Source: Marsupella aquatica
Lineage: Eukaryota > Plantae > Marchantiophyta
NCBI GenBank assembly: GCA_973895155.1
Contig: OZ316891.1
Span: 21,773,068-21,837,067 of the forward strand
Direction of reading: 5' to 3'
Length of the DNA: 64,000 nucleotides
Under the pieces are notes generated by a model. That model was not told where the DNA came from. It worked only from the letters and a program-made list of their open reading frames with translations, and made no database searches. Of the stretch, positions 13,601 to 25,205 are shown in pieces. The position numbers were made by a program, and so were the translations under genes. How positions within the stretch are numbered: the stretch's first letter is position 1; the number at the start of each line of letters is the position of its first letter.

Positions 13601-16600
13601 TGAACTTCGAAGTATTTTAGAGAAAAATATTGCCAGATTGATGAAGTATAATTTGGCCAAGAAGAATATGAGAGAGGACATTATTGAGCTTTGCAAAGAT
13701 ACCTTACACCTTGGTGAAAGTAGTATTGCTCGTGTGATCAAGGAATATGGATTGGGCAACATTCCTGAATCAGATGACAAAGTCTACGAAATGCCAACCA
13801 ATGTTCCTACTGATCCACTTGGAGGTTAATATGACTACCATTTGTTATAAACTACCATATTCAATAGCTAATGATGAATTAAGTAGCCAAACTTGTCATA
13901 TGCCAGATATGAATCATGAATTATAAATCGATGTTCTCAAGAGAATGATGTACATGATTTGATATAGAATGATTGATTGATGAAAATATTAGAATGAACC
14001 ATGGTTGGAACAAGTTGGATGTGTGAAGTTAGATAAATTTATCAAGACAATATAGAACCTATTATTTGGTATAGTCCAAACATTTCAAATGGATAATAAT
14101 TCCAACTAGAGTTGAAGCAAATACTAATACGAACTGAACAACCCAATCATAGTTTTAACTTGTCAAATGAATCGCTTAAATTCTATAAATAGATTAACTT
14201 ACTCTGGAATTTTGTGAAAAATTAGATTAGTACTTAACATAATATAGAAAACACTTGTCTAATACATCATGTAGTCATTGAAATTAGGCAAAGCAAACTA
14301 ATAGCGATATTTAATAAATAAAAATAATTAGAAGTTTATTGGTTCACCATATTTATCTATTGTTTGTTGTTTTGGTTGTAGGAGATGAAACCAATTCTAT
14401 TGAGGACGAGAACAAGGATGAGGACGAAGAGGATAACATTGATTCCCCGAATGCTTGGCAGCCACTAAAGTTGGATCACGTGGAATCACCAAATGATTCA
14501 ATGGAAATTCTTGACTCGTTCAGGGCTTTCCAAACCGAACCAGAGCTCAATGTCGAGGAACAAGGAGTTTCAATGACCAAAGGAAGATGCCCTACCTCAA
14601 ATCTAAATGCAAAGAATGTTAAAAATATCCAATCAAATTGTAGCCGTGCTGGGGTGCAAGAATCAAATCAAAGAAACAAAAATGAAGTGGCATTTGATGA
14701 AACCAAAAGTAAAAATGAGCGAAGAATGATTGTCCGCAAATTTGTGTGGGAAAATTATATTCCTGATCAGGAAACCAGTTGCCCAGATCACATTTCTACA
14801 ATAGATTGGGATGAGTTCTTTCGAAGCGAAGCTCAATTTCATGGGTGGAAAGCAAGAGCATATTGGCATGAAGCTTTGACTCATCGCTCCGGTTTGGAAA
14901 CCCCTGAACAAATCACTAATTTACAAGATAATGTCTATTATGCAACAGAAGTATGTGAAATGGTTGGAGATCCTCCTATTGATGTTTTTGCCATTCAAAG
15001 TGAACCTAAAAGCACTATTAACAAATGGACTTGGATGAAGGAGTATCAACTAATCTCCAACCCTATCACTAACTCTATAGATACACCCGTGTCTAATCTT
15101 AATGATGCTACACTAGATACATGTGCAGTTTATCAAAGTGATTATGAACAAGCAATCATCCAAGATTTGGGTGTGAAGAGAGATGATTCTTTCATTCCAA
15201 ACGAGGAAACAATAAGAGACAATGCTTTGGTCGTGAATCCAATGGTGGAGCAGATGGATCCTTTACTGGTTGAAACTAACATTTTGGGCACGTCTCCCAT
15301 ATCGACAGAGCAAGTAAATGTTGATGGTGATCCAGTGGAGAAGAAAATGGATCCTTCAATGGTTGAAACTAACATTTTGGACGTGCCTCCCACATCGACA
15401 GAGTCAAGAAATGCTAACAACAACCTAGCAAGGGAGCAGATGGATCCTCTAGTGGTTGAGACTAACATTTTGGATGTGCGTCCCACATCAACAGAGCCAA
15501 TAAATGCTAACAATAACCTAGCAAGGGAGCAGATGGATCCTCTAGTGGTTGAGGCTAATATTTTGGATGAGCCTTTCACATTGACAAAGCCAAGAAATGT
15601 TGACAGCAACCTAGCAAGGGAGCAAATGGATCCTCTAGAGACAAGAAATGTTGAAATCAATGCACAAGTGGATCCTGTTATGATTTTGGCCGAAAAACCA
15701 AAGGTGTCTCACACATCGATGGACCCTAAAACAAATGAGAGTGATTTGTTGGTAGATAGTGAAGAACATCCTTGGATCCAACAAGCCACTAACCTTGAAG
15801 ATCAAGACATACCGGAGGTGGGAAAAATTGCGCCTTGGGAAGAGGAAGCATCTGCTGCAGCCTACGCTGATGGATTGAATGAATTACCACCTCCTTTTTT
15901 GGGGATCCCATTAGTTTCAACTTCTCATGGAGATTGTTCACAAACGACTCCGGCAACAAGAATGGAGCTTCCTAAGACTGGTTCCAAGGTCATTCCAGGT
16001 CGTGCCACTCGACGGGATTCAAAGAGACCCTCGGTGATAGAAAAAGTTACTATGCTGCCAAAGGTGAAGAAGACACCTCAGCAGATTTTGCGCAACAAGA
16101 AGTAATGATTTTATTTTGACTATACTTAAAATGTATAATGTTTTTCATAGTGCTATAAATTGTTTGATTGTTTAGGTGCAATCTGAGCCCAAACCAGCAA
16201 ATTGGTCATAATGGTTGTGAATAGTGTATAGTATCAAGGAAACTTACCCATTATGGTTGCAAAAGTCATTGCAACAAGATAAGAGGGAACACTTCCAAAT
16301 ATGGATCAATACTCAGTATATTCGTGATCATGGAGATAGAAATCATTCAAGGAGATTCCATGTGTTTAATAATCAGGGTACATTTTGGACTACTTATCAC
16401 ACTTATTTGTAGAATGAACCATGGTGCATAGTTAATTTATGACATATTTTTGGGTACTATTCTAAATCTCATCTGTGTGTGTTGTGTACAGGTGAGAGTT
16501 GAAAAATTATTCAGGAAATTACTTGTCATAAGTATCAACAAGTTCCTCATTTACACAACTGGGGTCTCTCGTCATTTGAAGAAGACATCATCTTTCCGAG

Positions 16601-17034
16601 TTTATAACAAAATGATCTTTCCGAGACCATATGTACAAGAATTTCTTGAATTTTGCACTTCAACTTTTGATGTGGTTCTTTGGGCACTCACTGACACATG
16701 CAAACTGGCTGATCAAATGGATCCAATACTCACAGATAAAGCTTTGAGTTTTTCTGGTCTTAAGTATCTTACATCAACTTTGATGGACATGAAACAGATC
16801 AATGATATTTATCCACAATATCAAAGACAAAATGTTATATTTTTAGAGTGTTATCCATCATTTGATAGTGTAAATCCAATGTATTCAAGGCTGTATCCCA
16901 AGCCGTATTATGGTAATTGTAAAGACAATTTTCTTAGAGGCACACTTATTCCATATTTACATAATCTAGAAGATTCTGGTCAGACAGCGCATAAGTTTAT
17001 TAAATATCACTATCCTACTTGGTCTGAAGTATGA
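10636..17034 (+). pseudogene. Multi-exon ParB/Srx-like + MTase-like + acidic/repeat + FCP1-like gene (locus 1), with at least one nonsense lesion
   Basis: Exons approx 10636-11913, ~12040-13386 (acceptor/phase unresolved), 13488-13824, 14381-~16100 and 16492-17034. ParB-like HFWIIGGQHT. In-frame TGA at 12625-12627, where the paralogue has Arg. FCP1/NIF-like PRPYVQEFLEFC...FDVVLW. Colinear with the 28674-21967 gene and shares intron positions with it. Confidence 0.7.
15240..15645 (+). repeat. Coding tandem repeat of ~87-99 bp (EQMDPLVVETNILD... units)
   Basis: About 4.5 units visible in the ORF 14339..16105 translation. Confidence 0.85.
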
Positions 17035-18287
17035 GACAGTATCAATAGAAATGTAGTAAAAGAAACCACAGCTTGTGTGGTGTAGTGTTTAGAATATATT
17101 CAAATGTATTCTTTTTGGATAATAAAAGTTACATTATTTACGTGAAAAATTGAAATGATTGATTACTGCATTATATATTCATGAATGATTACTTGTAATG
17201 TTCATTTTACTTCATAATGTCGAATGCCAAAATGTCTACTTGTAGAGCAAAAATTCTATTCTTGAACTCAGTTTTGGCAGCACCCGATAATACTTGTAAA
17301 TTCAGTCTTTATATTCATAGTGTCTGATGCGAAAATAGATACACATAGTATAAAACTTGTCATTTTGTAGAGATCTACTAGTGTTAAATGCAAAAAATTT
17401 GGCTTAAGTTTCTTTTAGGCCCTTGGAACTTATTGAGTATTATAGCCAATATTAATTCTCAAATTCAGTAGATACCAATTTAAATGAAAACTTTTTGTTT
17501 ACTCACTATCAGTGTATTGCATTGAATATGCATTTCACCAACAAATTAGAATACGAACCATGGTTTATTGTATGTTTTGACACTTAATTTGGTTTACTTC
17601 TTTTTTTGTTTGGGGAGGGGGGGGGAATAAAACCCGCAAAAACCCATGGGAAGGGGGGCCCAACAGGGCAACAAAGACAGAGGCAGCAAAATGCAAACCT
17701 ATGAGATGGAGAGAGAGCCCCAATGAGCAAGGACAAAAAAAGATGCGGTCCATGCAAGCAAGGAAAGACACAATCCAAAAGAAAAGTGTCCAAGCGTGTG
17801 ACCCACCTAAGATGTTCCTGACTAACTAATTCTTTTACTCTAAGTAATCTAGTATGTTTTCTACCAAGACCCGAGGCTTTGCAGAGGCCATGCAAAGAGT
17901 CTAACATTTATGAAAGGAGTAGATTCAAGTTAAACACTCAATTTGGTTTACTTTGTTTAAATTGTTCCTATCACATGTGACTGAACTTGGATCCATCAGG
18001 TTTTTGTTGATGTCCTGGAGCATACCATACTTTCAAACTAGAGGAAAAGAGTTAATACAATGGGGGAAAATGGAAGTCTTGGACACTTCCCCCTTATATA
18101 TGGCCCGTGGTGGTTTAAATTTATTTATTTATTTATTTAAATGAATTAAATAAATCAGTAATATCTTTGTAAAACTTCATTTAAGCATTTATGGAATTGA
18201 AAATTCCACTTTTATCTAAATAAGGGTTGAGTGTTGTCAACCTACATACGTTGAGTTATTGTTGGGGTACTCATAATGTATTTATCG

Positions 18288-18552
18288 CTCGGGGGTTTCA
18301 CTTCCACAAAAATGGCATATCACGTGCGACGAAGTATAGGGTCATTTTATTGGTTCAAAGGGAAGACTTAAGAATTTTCTGAGAAGAACAATAGAGTTTT
18401 TTAAATCAAATTTTGATACTTATAAGAACATTAGTATCCTTATAATCAAAATTTAACTTTATAGGGGTTGATTTTTTTTTTAAAATTCTTACATTTGAGG
18501 GGGTCCAAGGCCTAAAATGATGAGGAGGCATCCATATAGTGAGACCCCCGAG
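18288..18552. mobile_element. MITE family M, copy 1 (TIR CTCGGGGGTYTCAC, 8-bp TSD)
   Basis: Starts ctcgggggtttcac and ends gtgagacccccgag. Flanks are ATTTATCG / ATTTATCA. Homologous to 39322-39603 and 42626-42922. Confidence 0.9.
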
Positions 18553-18559
18553 ATTTATC

Positions 18560-19250
18560 AGATGTTGTCAAATTGGAGGCATCCAGGTGTAATGCTATGG
18601 CGTCCGTGGATCTATTGGCGGATAATGTGCATCCCCGTGTGCATCGCAACCATCAAATTTCCCCATTTGAGGATGGTATACATCCCACTTGTACGTGACG
18701 GGGTATTGTTGGGCTATTTTGACGTATGTGCTCCAATTGCTTTTGTGCAGGTGTAGGTTGTGGTGTTAGTGGATCTATTGGCAGATGATGTGCATCTCAA
18801 CCATCCAATTTCCCTCCGTGAGGATGGTGAGCATCCTACTTGTGAGGGGGTATTGCTAGAGTATCCTGACGGATGTGCTCCAATTGCTTTTGTGTAGGTG
18901 TAGGTTGTGGCGTCTGTGGATCTATTGGCGGATGATGTGCATCACAGCCATCCAATTTCCCCCGGTGAGGATGGTCTACATCCCACTTGTGAGGGGGTCT
19001 TGCTGGAGTATTCTGACGCTATTTGCCAAATGTGGTCCAATTGGAGGCGTGCAGGTGTATGCTATGGCGTTCGTGGATCTATTGGCGAATGATGTGCATC
19101 AAAGGCATCTGATTTCCCCCCGTGAGGATGGTGTACATCCCACTTGTGAGGGGGTATTGCTGGGGTATTCTGATGGTATTTGCCAGATGTGTGCCAATTG
19201 GAGGCATCCAGGTGTCCACGGTGTGGCATCCGTGGATCTTGTGTGCAGGT
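18560..19250. repeat. Tandem repeat of ~147-163 bp, about 4.5 units
   Basis: gtggatctattggc...gaggatggt..catcccacttgt recurs near 18607, 18769, 18916, 19073 and 19232. Confidence 0.85.
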
Positions 19251-20041
19251 ATTTTTAAGGTATTTTGGAGTTGTAGTGTTATTGGAGGCATACATGGGAG
19301 GTGGATCCATGGAAAAATTCATGGGGTACTTGGGGTTACTTCATTCAAATTGACAGACATAAAGATTTGACAATGTTTGATTATTTAGGAGTCACAAAAC
19401 TAGACATATATAATCCCCAAGCCCCTTCACTAGACAAGCTTCTAGGTATCTAACTACCTCAGTCTTCACCAACATTCTGTACAACATTCTTGGGGAAGAT
19501 CCTTTGCTTGCCTTTGGAACCGGTAGATCTCTAATGATTACTCTGTTCTGCTCTAGAGCCCACCTGACCACCATGTCTAATAACTCAAACGCAATCTTCT
19601 AGAGCGTGTTTGGTGAAAGGGTTGCCCAGGGAAGTCTTCGATCACTTGTTTGTATCTCCAACAAACATGCGCAGCTTGGCGTCCACTTCGCATGTCTTCA
19701 TCAATCCCATGGCTCTCATGCAGACCACTAAATTGGCGTCTTTAGTGAGACAGTGTGTCAAAGTCCTGCAAAAGTTTCAGAAAGATAGGGTGGATGTTTA
19801 AAAGCACAACAACGGCCCTCACATCCGAAAAAAACTTACACAGCATATGATGTTGAACAGGATTTTTATATATGTCACGTAATGCGGCTGATTGAACTAT
19901 GTATTTACTATGTTTGAGTCTTCAGCAACGTGTAATTTGCCACTTAATCTGCTCCTGGTTGGGCACGCATGGAACTTCTACCTGGTTTTCCTGAATATAT
20001 ATAAAATGGCCGGGCAGATCATGAAACCCCAAGACCATTAT

Positions 20042-20110
20042 AACCCCAATTTAAGGAAAACCAAACTTTGGAAATTCCGAAAATAACTAAATATTATTAT
20101 TTTAATAAAA
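20042..20110 (+). repeat. Putative left TIR of the giant Sola-like element, preceded by TTAT (20038-20041)
   Basis: AACCCCAATTTAAGGAA...AATTCC...CTAAATATTAT..TTAAT aligns over ~70 bp with 39957-40028. Confidence 0.7.
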
Positions 20111-20309
20111 AAGGGGCGACATGACGCGTGGCTGCGCGTGAAACCCTGAAAATGACTGCAACGTCACATTTTAACCAATCCAACTTGACGGGACCAAGAG
20201 ACATGCTCACGCGAATAATAGTAATAGAGAAATAAATCTTTGAGATCCTTTATATATGATAATCAGTATATAAGGAGTTTACAAATGGTTTCTAGAACGA
20301 CAATACAAA

Positions 20310-21067
20310 TTAATTTGATCTCATGCCGACTATTATTTTGGAAGCGTCCAAAATTGGGCGTCTGTTAAATTGCTCTACTAGATATCTATCTCCATGCCTC
20401 AAAATCACAGGGTCTTCCCATAGAGTATGATTATAATCATAATCTCTAAAAATATATTTAACTGACCAATTAGGATAATCTCTTCCATTGGCAATGACAA
20501 GCGGCTCACAAGAGTTTGCTAGCTTGCTAAGATACGGAATCAGCAAGTTAATCAGGAAACTGTCGTCGACCGACCCAAAATATTTGGGCGGAAATAATGA
20601 TCCAACAACAGGATCTAAACAAGCATGAAATGCATCGGATTCGATAAGCATTATATTTTGCTACAGATATGCCTTCGTATAAATTCCAACCTTCTCAAAA
20701 CACTTCAAAAATATCCGCTTATTTGATGTCACCCCATCGCATAAGTAACAATGAGACTGATCCCAAATATACTTAAATGAGGCCATTTCCATCGCAGTAA
20801 AAATAGATGCTAAAATTTGATCTAAAAGGTTCTTCCCAAGAGAGGACCAGATCCCTACATCGAAATTCTCAAAACAAAATCTCAAGAATTCATGAAGATG
20901 AGGCCTTGGAAAAACGTATATATTCCCATCTGAATTCCAGTTGAGACCGCCATCAGTCGGGAATGCGGTGCAGTGTAATAGAGTATATGCTCCATGTCTA
21001 AAACTATGAGCCCAGGCATTTTCTTTGCTGCAATGAATCTCCTGTAGAGAAACACAAGAAGATGCAT
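20310..21067 (-). pseudogene. FCP1/NIF-like HAD phosphatase domain, unit 3 (frameshift and stop)
   Basis: LIVLDMEHIL, PRPHLHEFLRFCFENFDVGIWSS, IWDQSHC, DDSFLINLLIPYL; TAG at 20661-20663. Confidence 0.75.
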
Positions 21068-21127
21068 GAGCCCGTATGGATGTAGTCACGCGAATGGTCG
21101 CGTCACATATTACAGAGACAACATCCT

Positions 21128-21835
21128 CTACACTCTGGCCATTGATAAGTGACGTCTGTTGAAGTGCTTGATAAGAACTTGATTCGCATGTCTCTGCACG
21201 TACAGATTCTCCCATATATCCTCGTTCAGATCCCAATCTCGATGTAGATTTCTAATCGACCAGATGGGATAATCAAACTTGTTAGCAAACGCAAGACAAA
21301 GCCCTGAATTTGATAGCTTTTGTAAATATGGAATGAGGTCATCCCTCAAAAAGACATCATCCAACGATCATTGAAACGACTTAGCGAACAATAATCCGCA
21401 TACAGCTGTCTGGCATGTATGGGAAGGATAGGCATCAATTTGGATTATATTCTCTGGTTGATAATCTTGAAACATATCATGTAGTCTCTCGATAGATTTG
21501 AAGACAACAGTCTTATAATTTTTCTTCACATAACCAAGATTCCAACAATGATCCTACGTGAACACATATATCAACTGCGACAGGTCGGTGCTCGACAACA
21601 CTTCTGAAAGTATCTAATAAACCAGTTTATCATTGAGAATAGACCAGACCATCACATCAAAATGATCATAACAGAATTTTATAAGATCATGAAGATGCGG
21701 CTTCGGAACGACACATAGAGATCTGATACGAATTCCGGGTGTTGACTTGAGCTGAGGAGTATATTTTGAAACAGAGCACAGGAAGTTTGCCAGTCCTAAA
21801 ACCAGAAGTTGACGCGACCTGCTCCACTTAGACAC
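21128..21835 (-). pseudogene. FCP1/NIF-like HAD phosphatase domain, unit 2 (degenerate)
   Basis: LLVLGLANFL, PKPHLHDLIKFCYDHFDVMVWS, DDVFLRDDLIPYLQKL; internal stops. Confidence 0.7.
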
Positions 21836-21966
21836 CTATAAATGAACAATTCGATTCTCATATTATGCAATTGCAAACAACCACGCGATCGGGCGCGTCA
21901 CTCCCAAAATATAAAGTTCAATTTCAATCAATTTATAAATAATAATTGATAATAAACAATAAATGT

Positions 21967-22737
21967 TTACTTATTGGACTTATCCCGGGCTTCTATAGCA
22001 TGGTCTTTTTCGGCAGATAAGTATTTCATAAATTTGTCAAACTTTTCTAAATGGTCTTTATTCCCCTGATTACGAATGATCACATTTCTCCTCCAAAGAT
22101 TTGTCTTATCAATATAATCTTTCTCAAGATTTTCTTGAGAGAACGTTGGAATCCCATATCCACTAAGGAGCTCGCGGAATGTCAACTTGTCAATTGACAT
22201 GTCGCATAGATATGTATATAGTTTCTTTCTAAAAAATAGGTCATCATCGAGCCCAGAATATGCATCGGGATACAGCGATGAATAGAAGTCATTAAGGCTC
22301 GTCTTATATGCAGCATCATCGATAAGAATGACATTCTCGATGTTGTAATCTTTAATATTGGCGGCAATGTTGGAGAGACATTTGACAAATAAGGGGATGT
22401 CATTATTATTCTTCCCAATAAGTCGAGTTGATTCTTGTCCCCATATAAATTTAATACGTTTCAAAACTTCGGGTCGAAGTATCAGCCTTACACAAGATAG
22501 AATATTTCGTTTGAACATGCACGACCAGATCGCAATGTCGTATAGATCTACCACCTTCTCAAGAAATTCCATTAAATCAGGCCTTGGATAGATAACCTTG
22601 TGCATCTGTCTCACACCCCTTGACCGAATGGGCATCCCAGGGCTGATCTTCTCTGACCAGATAAGTACCCGATTCAGATCAAAAATTACAAGTCTCTTTT
22701 GAACCGGTGACTTCTTTGCCGATGGATTAGGCGCCAT
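21967..22737 (-). CDS. FCP1/NIF-like HAD phosphatase domain, unit 1 (terminal exon)
   Basis: RLVIFDLNRVL, PRPDLMEFL, DIAIWS, FIWGQE, ENVILIDDAAYK. Confidence 0.85.
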   Translation of the reverse strand: MAPNPSAKKSPVQKRLVIFDLNRVLIWSEKISPGMPIRSRGVRQMHKVIYPRPDLMEFLEKVVDLYDIAIWSCMFKRNILSCVRLILRPEVLKRIKFIWGQESTRLIGKNNNDIPLFVKCLSNIAANIKDYNIENVILIDDAAYKTSLNDFYSSLYPDAYSGLDDDLFFRKKLYTYLCDMSIDKLTFRELLSGYGIPTFSQENLEKDYIDKTNLWRRNVIIRNQGNKDHLEKFDKFMKYLSAEKDHAIEARDKSNK

Positions 22738-22958
22738 CCGTACCTGTGATTTTTGTGCCGCAGGGTTTGGAGAACGTACTAGAACGGTCTATTTGTTTCC
22801 CGCCTCCGGACGATCACCGGACTTCCGGACTGGTGCCTTCGATACTCGATCAGGGGGTTTCGGGATAGGCTTCTGTAAAACATTAAGAAATGAAAATAAG
22901 TTTATAACGTGAACGGTCGCATGACTACAAAGGAAGACACTAAAATGAAGTGTATTAC

Positions 22959-23748
22959 CTGTACAAGACGGTTGTTCAGTGCTGGAATTCCGCCGGAAAT
23001 GTCAATCATAGCAGCACGGATCCCGGTAACTAGGTTACTTGCGGATGTTGGCTTGCGGAAGTCCATGTCAAATAACGACAAGACTATCTCCCTACGAAAT
23101 TTCTCAATTTGATCCAAGGAAAAATTAATTCTGTTTCCTTGACACAAGCACTTGGCGTATCTCAAGATAAACACACCACAACTGTGGCCGTCACTCTGGT
23201 GAGGAATATCATTCCGATATATCCGTTCCCAACCTGAGAGATCCAAGTTGACACCAGTTCTCCAGCCAATTTTGTCGGCGTAGTACTTCCCAACAATATC
23301 TAGCACCCCAGGATTTTGTTGATTATGAACTAGAGAATCTAGGTACCCGAGCCGTTTCTCCTTCGGATACACAACTACCAATGACCAATGTTCTTTCACA
23401 GCATTGTGTACTGAAAAGACCAGTTTGTCGTATTCACTGATTTTTAGCGGAAACTCCTTTGTCCAAGCTGCTCTCTCCTCATCGAAAATGGTAGGATCCA
23501 TGGAGAGAAGCTCAAAATGGTGTGTTTGGAAGAATTTGACAAGGTCTGACTTTCCAACTCTATCGAGAATCAGTTTGAGAAAACTCAAATAAGCGTTAAT
23601 TATATCATCGGTGAGCAACTCGCGCGGTCTTAGACACATCATATGTTTCCTCTTGATCGAGTGTTGTAAGAACTTGGTCAATAGCTCTTCCATATCCTTA
23701 GAAGGATCAAGGCATTGATCTATTCGACTAGCCAAATTTTCAAAAAAC
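22959..23748 (-). CDS. Ulp1/peptidase C48 (SUMO protease) exon
   Basis: LTDDIINAYL, EHWSLVVV (His), YLDSL (Asp), HQSDGHSCGVF (Gln/Cys): the catalytic triad is intact. Confidence 0.9.
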
Positions 23749-24559
23749 TGTAAAAAACAGAGATTTCAGTACGCCTTCAAATAACGTACTGAGGTTGTAG
23801 CCTAAGGGTTCTACCTCAAAAAACAGAAACAATAACAAATCAATAATAAAATAATGACGTCTATAATAGAAACTTTAAGCTTATAGCTTGCGAATGACCT
23901 TTGGATTGGGTGGATCCGGCCTTTTTGCAGCTGATCTCTTGGGTGCCTCAATCGCAACAACATCCTTCAGCCCTCCTCGAGACCGCAGTGATCGCTCCAC
24001 CGGACCAGTTTGCGAAGGTTGGAGCGATGAGGCGGGAAGACCTTCAAATGGTTGTGGCATTTGATTCAAATATTCCACAATCTGGGAATCCGATTCCAAA
24101 ATATCCGGTGCCACAATTTCTGCGCGAGTGACCTGTGCAATATATCAGGGTCAAGACCACGAACCCGGTCGTGTCAAGTCAGCTGTTAGTATCTTAACGA
24201 CTTGAGCCGAGTCTGGTGCCAAAGACGTTCCCAGGTCTTGCACTCGATTCTCAAAAAAGCGGACATTATTGATGATTGTCTCCATTCTGGATGTGCAGTG
24301 GTAGTCTTCTCCTCGGTAATCAAAAGACCCTTCCAATATTGCAAAGCAAGGACTGCCTGGACTCGGAGCTGCTCCGGTGAATATTTATTCCAATCATCCA
24401 ATGAGACCGTACTTAAGGGTGGATCGTTAAATTCAAACTCCGGGCGAAGAAAATAGTCTAATATTTTCTTCTTAACTGCAACTGAGGGTGAAGAAGGCTC
24501 CTTCAAATTTAGCTTTATTTTTGGTAGATGTTGTGCCTCAGGAATAAGCGAAAGATCCT

Positions 24560-25205
24560 TAGCCCTCTCGGCCTCCTTCCTCGCTGCCTCCAGTCTTGCG
24601 GCTTCTTCTCTCTCCAGTCTTGCGGAATTGACCTTTTCCGCCTCCAACTTCTCCGCCTCCACCCTCTTCGGTCTTGCGGTCTCGTCCGCCATCCTCTCGG
24701 CCAGCAGCCTCTCAGCCGCCACACTCTCCGCCTTGGCCCTATTTGCCTCTGTCACTAAAAGGACTCTCGTAGCCTCCGCTTTCTCAGCCTGGGCTTTCTT
24801 CGCCTCCGCTTTCTCAGCCTCGGCTTTCTCAGCCTCGGCTTTCTTTGCCTGGGCTTTCTCAGCCTGGGCTTTCTCAGCCTGGGCTTTCTCAGCCTGGGCT
24901 TTCTCAGCCTCGGCATTCTCAGCCTCGGCTTTCTCCTTCTTCTTTGCGGCAGTTGCTTTTCTAGCTACCGCCTTTTTCTTCTTAGCCTCCTTCTTTTGAA
25001 GCTCCTCTTGTCGGGCCGCCTCTTGTCGGGCCGCCTCTTGTCGGGATGCCTCCTCTTGTCGGGCCGCCTCCTGCCGGGCCTCCTCCTGTCGGGCCGCCTC
25101 CTCCTGCCGGGCCGCCTCTTTTTTTTGAAGCTCCTCTTGCCGGGCCGCCTCCTGCCGGGCCTCCTCCAGCCGGGCCTCCTCCTCCTACCGGGCCGCCTCC
25201 TCTCG
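24560..25205 (-). repeat. Coding low-complexity repeats (AEKAQ/AEKAE 15-mers; EEAARQ units)
   Basis: ttctcagcctgggct and cctcctgccgggccg repeats. Confidence 0.85.

Noticed and set aside
18517-19370. Overlapping small ORFs
   Set aside because: Products of a ~150-bp tandem repeat, with no consistent frame.
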